The notes under the pieces were generated by a model. The model made no database searches, was not told where the DNA came from, and saw nothing but the letters and a program-made list of their open reading frames with translations. From NCBI RefSeq assembly GCF_009914755.1, contig NC_060938.1: a stretch of DNA of 64,000 nt; one strand, written 5' to 3'. Origin of the DNA: the human T2T-CHM13v2.0 reference genome, Homo sapiens. The position numbers and the translations under genes are program-made. How positions within the stretch are numbered: position 1 is the stretch's first letter; each line of letters begins with the position of its first letter. Shown piece after piece: positions 1-11,501 of the stretch.

Positions 1-2049
1 ACAGTTACAGAGATGGATTTTTAAGTACACTTGTTTTCCCTGTCATTTGTCATGAAACAGACTCCCTATGCTCATTATCAAAAAGCCCATATGCTATCTT
101 CAGTTCACATTTTGCTCACCTCTTTCTCTTCATTGCATTAGTCAAGTTCAGAAACTAGACTGTCAGCTGCCAGACAGGCTGCTGTTTCTCTCAGAGATAG
201 GTGAAAACCATTTAGGAATTCATTATCAAAGTGTACAGCCCAAGAAGGTGTTTTTGCCTTCAATTCAATTATTCCAAAGAAGCACACGATAAAGAAAAGT
301 ACTCAGGACAATTAGATGGACTATCTAGACGTCAAAAATCAAATTTTTACCTTTGCAAATGCAGGTTCATATTCTGTTCTTAAGTCATCAGAGGGAAACA
401 TATGATGTTCACTGTCAGTTTAGATTGTCAGAAAAAGCTTGTTCAAAATCTGTAAAGTTGTCACTCCTCATGTATTTTCACTCAAGAAACCAGGGATCCA
501 ACTTCCTGTGCCTAAACTCTCTGCCTAGACAAATGGATCTTTTGGGAGGTTAAGTATGTCTTAGAAGAATATCTGAGCTGGAGTTGCAAATAGAGGAATC
601 ATCTTTTGTTAAGTTGTTAGAACCTAGATAACATAGAAGATTACTCTATGGGGTTTGAAAAAACTAAGACATGATGCCCTCTCATGAGACCTTTACAGTC
701 TATTTGGGGAGTTAAGGCATATATGCCCAGAACTTTATTTTCAGTGGTTCTTGGCAATTTTAAAGTTCCGGTAGTATAGTACAAGTACCCAAATGTGATG
801 CCCACAATGAGGGCTGTGGTAAGTCAGAAAAGAGGCTGGGTTTTGGTTTCTTAGGAAATGGTAATTTACATGGAGTCTCACCCACCTGGAAGGATTGCAG
901 TCTTTATGTTTAGCATCACTTTTTGTCATTTAAATTTCTCTCTAGGTGGGGATCTAATCCAGTCCGGAGTTACAGGAGCTAGAGGTGATCAGAAAGTGTG
1001 CCTAATTTGACTTTTGCTCCATATGTGACATAAAATAGAAAAAAAGTGAGGTCCCCAAAGAAAAGGTAGCTTGAGAACCAATGAGAGTGTCTCTCCATGA
1101 ACTGTCAAAACCTCTGGGATCCAGCAGAAACAGGGTTTGATTTAAGCTGTTCCTGGGTACAAAATGCGAGCTCTTACTTGGCATTTATCCTTGACACATA
1201 TGGGAGCAGGCTTTACCAGAGGCAAGAATTCAATCAAAAGTCAGGCTTTTTGAATTTAGGTCTTTCTCTTTTCTTCTGCTATAAAATGGTGAGATCATAG
1301 CCCATGCCCTAATTGGTTCACAGATGGATACATCCTGAGGCAGGTGGGGGTAATCCTCAAGTTTTCCTACACCAAAGCATACCCCAGAACAAAGAACTAC
1401 TCGTTCTGGAGGTGAAGATAAGGCCTGTGATGGGTTGTCCCATTTGATCACTGTGGATTTCCTCTCTGTGATATCTTCTGCTCCCCTGGAATCTAGTATT
1501 GAGGAAAAATAACCTTAATCAGGAACTGTCACTCTTCTTCAAAGAGTAGGACAGTCAACTGGCCTCTAGCCTATAAAGAAATATTCCTTTCAGATAGACT
1601 CTAGTATATAATATCATTCTGCTATTCATCAGGAAGTGGCTGAATAATTTATTATACAACTTGTCTATAGATCAGAGTAGATGAATAATAAAATCTTTAG
1701 TATGTAAAAACCTTACAAGAAAGTTGAGACTTATGGTAGCAAAGGATCCAGAAGGATTGGGTCATTTTGTAGTTATTAGTAAACATATGTCTGTGATAAA
1801 GACCACTTTGGCAAACCGAGGTATCTCTCTACCCATCATCCTGCTTCAGGAGAACTTGGGCTCTGATAAGTATGTACGTAATGATCAAATCCCCCACATT
1901 TACCAACCTGCTCCAGTCATCATTGTGGTAGATGTGTGCACGAGAAAAATGCTCATTTTATTCCATTCCATGGATACTTACATTCTCTGCGTGTTTATTT
2001 AGGAAGCATTTTATTGAAATGATTCCTCATTATGTGTAACTTAATACCA

Positions 2050-2480
2050 TTTATTCATTAATTTATTTACTCAGTACACATTAATTGAGTACATACAATG
2101 TGCCTGGTGCTGGGAAAGCAAAAGAAAAAACCACCATACTTATCCTCAAAGTCATCTCAGTCTATTTGTAGAGGTGAATAATAAATGACTGTAATACATG
2201 GTGAGGAAGACCACCATTAAGTCAGAAATTGCTAAAGGAGTTAGCAACTAACTGTCTAAGATGATTGGGAGCATTCACAGAGAAGGTTATATTTGTTGAG
2301 GACCTTGAAGGAGTAGGAGTTGCCTAGGTAAATCAAGGAAATAAAGGGAATAAATATCAAAGGACCCACATGTATGAAGACACAGAAGACATAGCTTTAG
2401 AGAAGTTTAGAGATGTTTGTAGAGCATGCTGGAACACAAGAAATGCTTTTGGAAAGACTCTGTAAAATATTTATACCCTA
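2050..2480 (-). mobile_element. L2 LINE 3' end fragment
   Basis: TTATTCATTAATTTATTTACTCAGTACACATTAATTGAGTACATACAATGTGCCTGG resembles the reverse-strand L2 3' terminus; L2-like sequence follows; boundaries approximate. Confidence 0.7.
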
Positions 2481-3099
2481 ATACTAGGTATGCAACAGTG
2501 AACATTTAAAGTTTATTGAATTAAGTCAACCAAAGAAGACCCAAGTTGTGGGATTCAAGAATAGCAAGGCTCTTTCAAATGCCTCTGAAACAGTTGGGGG
2601 TGGACCTCTCCATGGTGCTGAAACATCCCCTGTTCAAGCCTTCCTATCTATCTGGATTATTGGCTCCTTTCCATGTTCCTAACCCTCATTCTGCATGCAG
2701 TAATTACTTGATTGACCATTTCACTCACTGGCCCTGCCAGGACCTTGCCTTGGATACTACCTGTCCAATGGTGAGCTTATTATTCTTTCCTTTAACCTGC
2801 ACAGACCCTGGATGGGCATTTGATCAACTGAAATAATTAATGGGTAGAAACAGATATTGTCAGTGAAGTCCTTTAACTTCTTTCTGCTTGCTTTTCTCCC
2901 AGATATTTTAGCATTTAATTAATCTGGATGCAATTTATTAGTTGCTTGGGTTGGAATTTCTTTAGCCTTTTAGCCCAGATCACATATACTTATTACGTAT
3001 TTATTGGAATTTTCAGGAAACTGTAGTTCAAGGTGAAACTTTGAAGATAGACTCAAACAATGGGCATGTCTCACAATGATACAGAGGACTCAGATAAAG

Positions 3100-3310
3100 T
3101 TGGTGGAATAGAGTGGAAAGAATACTGGATTTGAAATTAAAAGTTCAAATCAGGGTTTCACCACTTAGAAGCTGGGTAAAGTCATTTAGTTTATTTTGAA
3201 GCCTCAGTATCCTTATTTGTAAAATGTAGACAGGTTATTCCCTGTATACTCACAAACTTGTGCTAAGACTCAAATATTCTCATGTTTGTGAAATTAGTTT
3301 GAAAGTGATG
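3100..3310 (+). mobile_element. MIR SINE
   Basis: GTGGAAAGAATACTGGATTTG head and the MIR core GCCTCAGTATCCTTATTTGTAAAATG. Confidence 0.75.
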
Positions 3311-4714
3311 CAGTTGGGAACGATTACTGGATAGGTTGGAAGGTTGTCCAACTGGTGCCCCTCATGATGGGAAGAGACAGAACACTGCGAATTAGCACAG
3401 TGAAAGTTAGGAGCTGTGAAGACCCTAGGGGGCAGAGGAGGTACAGGCATTAATATTATGGTGCTGAGAAGTTAATATCTTTCTTTTTAAAAAATAGCTC
3501 GGCATAGAAGCTGTCAGTAGGGCTTTCTCCCCGGTCAGATTTATGACTTCTGAATGACATTGTTTTACTTTGCCATTTGGAGGATAAACAAAGCTGGAGA
3601 GAACAAAAGTTTTATTTTCCTATCAGTGACAAATACATAGCAATCAATGTAATTGAAGTTCAAGTGGAATAATTTATGGGGGATCCATTGCATGCTCCTT
3701 TGTGTACTCTGTCTGTCTGTCTCTCTCTCTTCCTCTATCCCCACTCTAATTCCTTTCACCGTCATTTATTTCTGCCTCTTTCTGGTATTCAGTCCTGTAT
3801 ATATTAAAAGCATAAGCCAATTAGAAAATAATTGCTGTTACTCTGCTTGGCCCATCTTTCTTGATGTTTAGGTTAGTTTGGCATTTTATTCTCTCCAAAG
3901 AATGTATTTATTCAAAAAAGACATCTACCACATTTAATGCGGGCCATTTAGATATTAATCATCAAAGGTAAACGATGAAGAAAAATTTTAGTCTTTAATT
4001 CTTTTCTTAAAAGTCACATATACAGAGAGCTAATTGACCCATGCTATGCAGAAGTGCTCTGCCTGAAGCCCAGGGTTAATTTTTACAATGGCCACTTAGC
4101 CAATTGAGGATGGTTAAGTGAGCAATATTTTATAGACTCTTGTATTAATTATTTTGGGGGATGGATATAAGTTTGTGGATGGGGAAAACACTCTCAGATT
4201 ATTCTAGGGGAGATGAATGATATATCTTTACAAAAACATATAAAAACCTTAATTTCAGTGAATGGTTTATAATGTAAAATACCACAATGATATATAACTG
4301 GATAAGAGGGCTTCTCTGTGAGTAGAGCTTATCTGTATATCCTGATGAAATTTAAAAAAAACCCCATGGAATATATGTTTTTGGGGGTTAACAAAAGGAA
4401 ACTTGGGAACCAAGAAAAAGGAAGGATGTAAATTAACTTATTGTTGTCCTTTATTGTTTGAAAAATTCTTATCATAAAGGATGGTAGCCCACTGATTTTT
4501 AATTTCACTGATAAGTGAGCAGGAAGGAATAGGTAAGAGATGAAGATGAATGATTTAGGTCATACTTCAATAAAATATTTTTACTGTTTATTTCCTGTAT
4601 CACAGGTTTTTCAAAGTAGAGCATTTCTTATCTGGCTGGTATGATTTAGGCATTATTTTATCACTAGAAAAGCCATAACGATGAAGGGATGGTATGTTCA
4701 AAGCAGAGGATTAA

Positions 4715-4940
4715 TATTTACTACATATCTACTATGAGTAAGTTACTATGCTTTTTTACATATACTTTTTTACATATCATTTAATCAACAGTCTTGTGAA
4801 TTAGGCTATTCTGACAGATGAGAAAACTGAAAATCAAAGACACTAAGTAGCTTGGTAAGTGTTACATAACCATGATATGTCAGAGCCATTAAATCGAGGT
4901 GTGCCTAACTCTAAATTCCATACTCTTTATATTACACTAT
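4715..4940 (-). mobile_element. MIR SINE
   Basis: Reverse MIR core ACAGATGAGAAAACTGAAAATCAAAG with MIR-like flanks. Confidence 0.7.
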
Positions 4941-5103
4941 GATGTCTAATAAATAATTTGGTTGAAAGAGTCATTTTTATTCAAGATAGGAGAGTAGACT
5001 CATTGATTTCTGTTAGTCTTTTCTATGAATCTGTTATCGGAAATAGTTGACTACAATTAAAATAATTCCTGGCACTATAACACTACTAGACATCTTCATG
5101 TCA

Positions 5104-5570
5104 TGTAGCCAACATCTTTTTTTCCTTTGCACCATATAATCTGTTTTCTCTATGGGTAAAAATCACATTTTAATGATGGGGTGGAACTTCCTTTATTCCA
5201 AAACTCATTTGTAGTCGGGGTTGGGCACATATCTAGGTCTGATAAATCAGAATAGCCTATTCTTCTGTCCACAGCTATTTATTTTTAATGTTTTCAAGCT
5301 GATTTTACCTTTCTGCTAGAGTCATCAGGGAAGATACTCTCTTTCCACTGGGGTTGTTAAACAAGTAGAATGCAAGGCTAGACTACTAGCAGGCATCCTT
5401 CTCATTAATTAGCGAGAGAAGAGCTTGTCTGAACTATGGAGGGAAAAATAGAGAATCAATATCTAACGGTATTCTTTAAGACCCTGAATCCAGCCACACT
5501 TGAACCATTTTTCTAAAGGAATGTGAATTCATAGTGTTTTTCTTTTATCTTGGGTCTATGTTATTTGATT
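5104..5570 (+). mobile_element. Old MaLR solo LTR (MLT1L-like)
   Basis: Degenerate MLT1L/K-like motifs (GGGCACATATCTAGGTCTGATAAATCAGAAT, CCCTGAATCCAGCCACACTTGAA). Confidence 0.5.
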
Positions 5571-6050
5571 TTAAAATATATTAAAATCTAGCAATGTTAT
5601 TTTATATGTGGCTGATACATTATATATCCATAGTCAAGGAGATAGCACTAATCACATACCATGACAATAGACACAAGTCTGATCTAAACTCTGTATAGAT
5701 ATTGGCACTGCCCTTGTTTTCCAGATTATCTCTGGAGTGCTCTGAGGGATCAGTTGGTTGGCCAACAAATACCATTTGTGCCTCAGGCTCTTTGTAAAAC
5801 CTAGGGGAATGTCTGAATTTCCCTTGATTGAGACATCTCCCTTCCCTGTCAAGTCCTGAAGGAGCTGTAAACTCAAGGAATAATGCCAAAGGAGAAATTA
5901 GTGTCTGCCTTATTATCAATTGTACTTTTGTTCATAACTCGCAATAATTTGGTTGCTGCATAGGGCTTAGCCTCAAATCTAAGCAGACTTTCTCTGCCTC
6001 ATAAATCAAATCTTAACTCTAGGCAGTGGTAAAACCACAGTGCCCAGTAA

Positions 6051-6433
<383 letters not shown>

Positions 6434-7006
6434 TCAGACTACTCAAGTCTATGTGGGTCTGCTTCCTGAACAGCTGGTAAACAGTGGAGAAAGCCATACT
6501 CAAATGAATTTCCTTTCAATTTCAGTGCGTCCTTTCACTACAAAACAGCCCAATCAATGTCCTGGGTTCTGTTCACTCAGACTGAGAAAAAGAAGTAAAT
6601 CATCCATAGATTTTGGCATTTTGTTATTATCACAAAGTATGCTAGACATACACCTCATAAGTGATTTTGACAAAAAGATGTGCTGCAAGCACAGTGCTTG
6701 AGGGGTGGTCACGATTATGGATATCACTGTACTAATCTCAGAAATCTTAGTGTATGTTTTTTTTTGTCTTTACTGGATAGTTTCGTATTTCTACCTGCAT
6801 GTGGAGTTCTGTCAGGGCCACATTCTTCCGGGATATATAAACGTGGAGAAAAGTCCTTACACTGTGGTACAGTGATCCGCTGGAGGAAAGTGCTATATCT
6901 GTGCATTTTGCAAGAAGTCATTCTATAGCATGTGTATGTCTATTAACACAATCACTGAACCAGAGCCAAGGTTCCAAAGGGACTATCTGAGATCATCTTT
7001 CTAACC

Positions 7007-7192
7007 CAGTGATTCTCGAGCTCAGGTGCATGGCAGAATGCCTGGAGGGTTTATTAAAAACACTGATTCCTAAGCTCCACCTAAGACCGATTGAATCAGG
7101 TTCTTTTAGTGTAGGGTGCAGGAATTTTTTTTTATAACAACTTCCCCAGGCGATTTTTCTGCCAGTCTATAGAATGGCCTTTGGGGATCTCT
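7007..7192. mobile_element. MER5A/MER5B-type hAT-Charlie MITE
   Basis: Begins CAGTGATTCTC; internal CAGAATGCCTGGAGGGTTTATTAAAA and TAACAACTTCCCCAGGCGATT match MER5. Confidence 0.75.
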
Positions 7193-9199
7193 TTATCTTT
7201 TACCTTCAAGTTAAAACACATCACTCTGAAACTTCATGAGCCAGATACGAATCTAACCTATATTCAAAGAGGTTTAGAAAAAGATACCTTCAACCTCTCT
7301 CAGCACAATTTTTTTTTCTATTAAGCTCCCTTTTCAAAATACTTGAACTCCACCTGGACCTAGGCAAAATGTTTTAAAATGGCATCAGAGTGAATCAAAT
7401 CACATTAACCTGAGATGGTGGGCAAGGATCATGAAAAAGGACAGAGGGAAGCCTGAATGTGAGTTTGCCTGAAGAGGAAATGATGATTCCAATAAGTGCC
7501 TTTTCTTTCCGTTTGCATTCTGTGCGTAGCTAATCCGCTCGGCATAATCCTCTTAACGGCATGTGTTCCATCAGTATTTTATCTGATCTACTTCTCTGAC
7601 AATCCTATGTTTGCTAGTTTCCTTGTATTTTTGAGAAGCTCTAGATGTTACATGGAAAATTCAACCTTGTTTCTCTGTTTTCATACAAAGTGGGGTTCTT
7701 GGAATTCTTAGAAAATGGGGAGGACCCTTTGCACAGGCTGAAGTTGTGTGAGAAGTCTGGACAGAGTTTCCAGCTTTCAAAATTTAGTAGGGGAAAACTA
7801 AATAGAGGCTTTCTCCCTTGTCTCAAAACTGGATTTTAATTTGCACACTGCTGGTATGGGTCAGGGGACTGTTGTGCTGAATCAGAGGATGTAGGATACA
7901 GGGAATCATGAAAATAAGCATTGGCCCCCATGCCTAGGTGATGAGAACATTTGTCAGTAGATGTTAAGGTTCCTTTATAAGCTTGACTATTGCTTTTATT
8001 TGCATAACCAAGGAAATTAGAATAAGATTGGGGCATCCTTCATTTACCATAGATAAAGACAGGGATTCTCTTACTGTAGACCCAGCCCTATCTGTGCACT
8101 GCCTCCTATGGGGAATAATCTGAGGGCTAAAATGCATGACCACTTGCCATGGTACTAAAGTCCCTCAGCTGGACTTCATGCCATAATCACTTCATCCCAT
8201 TGGGAATTCAGATCCCTCTAAATTAAAATACCCCTGAGATGGGTGTAACCTTAATCCCTTTATCAGCTTACTCTGTAATTATCAATTAATACTTTAGGAG
8301 AGATTAACTGGCAAAAAATGGAAATCAAGATGGCATTTCTCCTGGTTTTGCTCCTCCTCGTTTTGTTCTCCTGGTTTTGCTCCTCATTAGCAGTGTGACC
8401 TTAATTTTTTAATTTCTCTAGGTCCTGGGTTCTTCATGTATGCAGTGAAGGAACTAGGTGATAGAATCTTTGACCTCTCTTCTGGTTCTGTTTTAGTGAC
8501 AGAATTCACTAAATTCACATTTCTGGATTCCTGACTGAAAGGGGATTCATAAGAGCCTTGCTTACTTCATGGCTTTCCTCATTGTGTCCATGGAACTCAG
8601 GCCACATGATTGTGGGTCTAGTGAAACAAAGAGAGTGTGGCCAGAGAATGAAAGCCATAGGAAACCTAGATAGCCGCATAATTACTTAGTTGAAAGCCTT
8701 GAACAGCTGAATTCCAGAGATGAGTTTGCAAAAGAGGAGTATCATATGGGATGTCACACTTCAACAGCAGAAAAATAGGCTGATACGATCAGAAAGGATG
8801 CCAGGCCATTGTGGACATCTGCCGTGCAGAATGACATCAAGTGGCTGTCTGAACATAGTCTGAAATCTCTCTCTCTTGACTTTGAAGAGACCCCTGGGCC
8901 TCAAACTTCAAATCTGCAAAGATAGCACTATAGCCAGCAGGCCTGGCTTTCTCATGTCAACATGATGCAAACGTTTCTGTGGATACGGGATTTGGAGTCA
9001 GGAAAACTATATTCCAGTGTGACATCTAGCCAAAAACAAAGAAAACTAACAATGTTATTGTTAACTTTGAGCTTTCCTCTACTTTAAGCACTGGGCTAAA
9101 TGTTTCATGTACTTTCTTTCATTCAAATGGTGACCTTAGGTTCTTCTGTGAGTCTTCATTTCTTTTTCAGTAAAAATGGAGCATATCTGCTTTATCTGA

Positions 9200-9350
9200 T
9201 AATAGTAACTAACAATTAACTGAATGCTTACTTGTGCACCGTGCACTAGGGTAAGCACTTTCGTGCATTATTATCTTTGTACAATAATCCTAAGAGGTAG
9301 GTAGGGATGATGACTATTTATAGACAGGAAAGCTGAGTTGGACTAAGTGA
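9200..9350 (-). mobile_element. MIR SINE
   Basis: TTAACTGAATGCTTACTTGTGC ... TTTATAGACAGGAAAGCTGAG reverse MIR. Confidence 0.7.
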
Positions 9351-9709
9351 AATAAACAGCGATGAATAAAGTCTGTGGAAGAAAGGGGATTCATATTTTC
9401 TATGCTTCCTGATATCCAAGTCACCCAGAAATACACCAAAGAAGCTTTCAGTTTTCACACCTGGCTGTATGAATTTATTCCATCTCAGTGAGGGCCAAAT
9501 GGAAGACTATTTGTACAGGGCTGTGTGGATTAAGGGAGTGAAGTGGCAATGAGAAACAGAATTCAAGTAATCTAGAGCTGGATAGAAACTACTTATTTAA
9601 GAGAGCACTTGGATTCCAGAGTTTGAGTAAAGGCTTTATTGACTAACTTCCTAAAGTCACCAAGAATATCAATAAACTAAATTTACCCCTTTATTTATCC
9701 TTACACCTT

Positions 9710-10128
9710 TGTATTAGTCCATTCTCACACTGCTACAAATAAATACCTGAGACTGAGTAATTTATAAAGAAAGGAGGTTTAATTGGCTCATGGTACTGCA
9801 GGCTGTACAGGAAGCACAGCAGCATCTTCTCTGCTTCTGGGGAGGCCTTAAGAAACTTGTAATCATGGCAGAACGAAAGGGGGAAGCAGGCACATCTTAC
9901 ATGGCTGGAGCAGGAGGAAGAGATGAAGTGGGAAGGTGATACACACTTTTAAACAACCAGATCTTGTAAGAGCTCACTTGCTACACAGTACCAAGGAGGA
10001 TGGTGTTAAACCATTCATGAGAACTCCACTCCCATGATCCAACCACCTCCCACCAGGACCCACCTCCAGCACTGGGGATTACAATTGAGCTTGAGATTTG
10101 GGTGGGGACACAGATCCAAACCATGTCA
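9710..10128 (-). mobile_element. MSTA-type MaLR solo LTR
   Basis: TGTATTAGTCC ... CCAAACCATGTCA termini; MSTA body; 5-bp TSD ACCTT/GCCTT. Confidence 0.92.
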
Positions 10129-11284
10129 GCCTTCTTTTCTGTGTTATTTTTATGTCCAGCCTTACTGAACTTTCTAAGCTCCAATTTTTTATGATCTGAA
10201 AAATGGGGCTAGTAATAGCTTTAACTGGCTAGTGGTGGTGAGTGGGAGGCAAATAGGAGAATTAAATAATATAGCAGACATTAAAATATTTTGTCAATGA
10301 TAAACTAATATGGATAGCTATTAGGCCTAATAGTGACTGTGTTGATTGCTGATTTATTATTTGTCACTGATGACAGGACAATATCTCTCTTATTGAGAAG
10401 AAATGCCTTCCTTATTTTCTTCTTAAAAAGATTATCATTTGCTTATTTTCTTCCTCCTCTGTGAAGTAAAACTTTATCAAGAAGAATTAAACATTTAAAA
10501 AAGATGTGCAGTAATTGGTAGGGAAGGATAACGAGAAGAAAAGCAGACAACTGTCTGCTGCTTAGCATATCCATGAGTGTGTTAATTTAATTAGAACTGC
10601 CCTGTATAAATATTAAACTCAATTCACTTTTGTTATGATCCTTTGCTTTTCAAAGTATTCCCAGTTACAGATTATCTTTTTCAAATTCTTCTGTGAGTTT
10701 GAGGGAGTTAATGGAAGTAAAACAACCCAAATTGGAATGAACTGAGAGAGGTTTTCATCTTATCACACTTTGCTTCTTTCTGTTATTTTCCTTTGCCTAG
10801 TTCCTGGCCCAGCGGCAAAGGAGGTGATTGATTTTCAGTGGTTTTGCCTTTCAAGATGTTGGCAATGCAACAACTTCCCTTCAGTGGAATTCCCATTTTG
10901 TGTAGTATTTTGGGGTGGAGGATTGAATTGCTTTACATCTCCACACTCCTGATTAAATGTGAACCCCCACCTGACGTTTCCAGGTCAGTAGCCAGGATGT
11001 GGGATGTAGTGCGGGATGGTTGTTTTATTTGATTTTCCCCACAACTGTGTGAGGGCAGGATATCATTGTCCCCATTTTACAGTTAAGAGTAGAGTCAGTA
11101 AATCACAGAGCCAAGCATGTATAATTTCTAACAGAAATTATGGGTTTAGTACCTAGATTGAGATTTTGATAGATTCAGGATAAAGGTAGTGAAAAAATTG
11201 CCCATGGAATTGGTTTGAACTGAATTCATGAGAATTATAGACTTCCATAGGCAGAAGGGATCACTTTTAGAGTCTTTTTTCAGA

Positions 11285-11501
11285 ATGAGGTGAGTGAGGC
11301 AGAGTCGTGCAAGTACAGATTTGGGGTCCTATCTTTATTTAAATTTTTGATACTTTGTTTAGCATGGATATTTCCATTCATTTTTGTGTTTTAAATGTTG
11401 CATTAAAAATTCTGTATCTAGATTACCAATTCTTTTGGTACCCCCTTAAATTTTCTGCCTGATGCAAGTGAGGCACTTCCCTCACCCTATTCCCAGCCCT
11501 G
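11285..11501. mobile_element. MER96B-like hAT MITE
   Basis: GTGAGGCAGAGTCGTGCAAGT ... CCCCCTTAAATTTT ... CCTCACCCTATTCCCAGCCCTG resembles MER96B. Confidence 0.7.

Noticed and set aside
7480-7586. C/D box snoRNA as a firm call
   Set aside because: Boxes are present but the terminal stem is weak and I cannot identify an rRNA/snRNA guide; these motifs are common by chance
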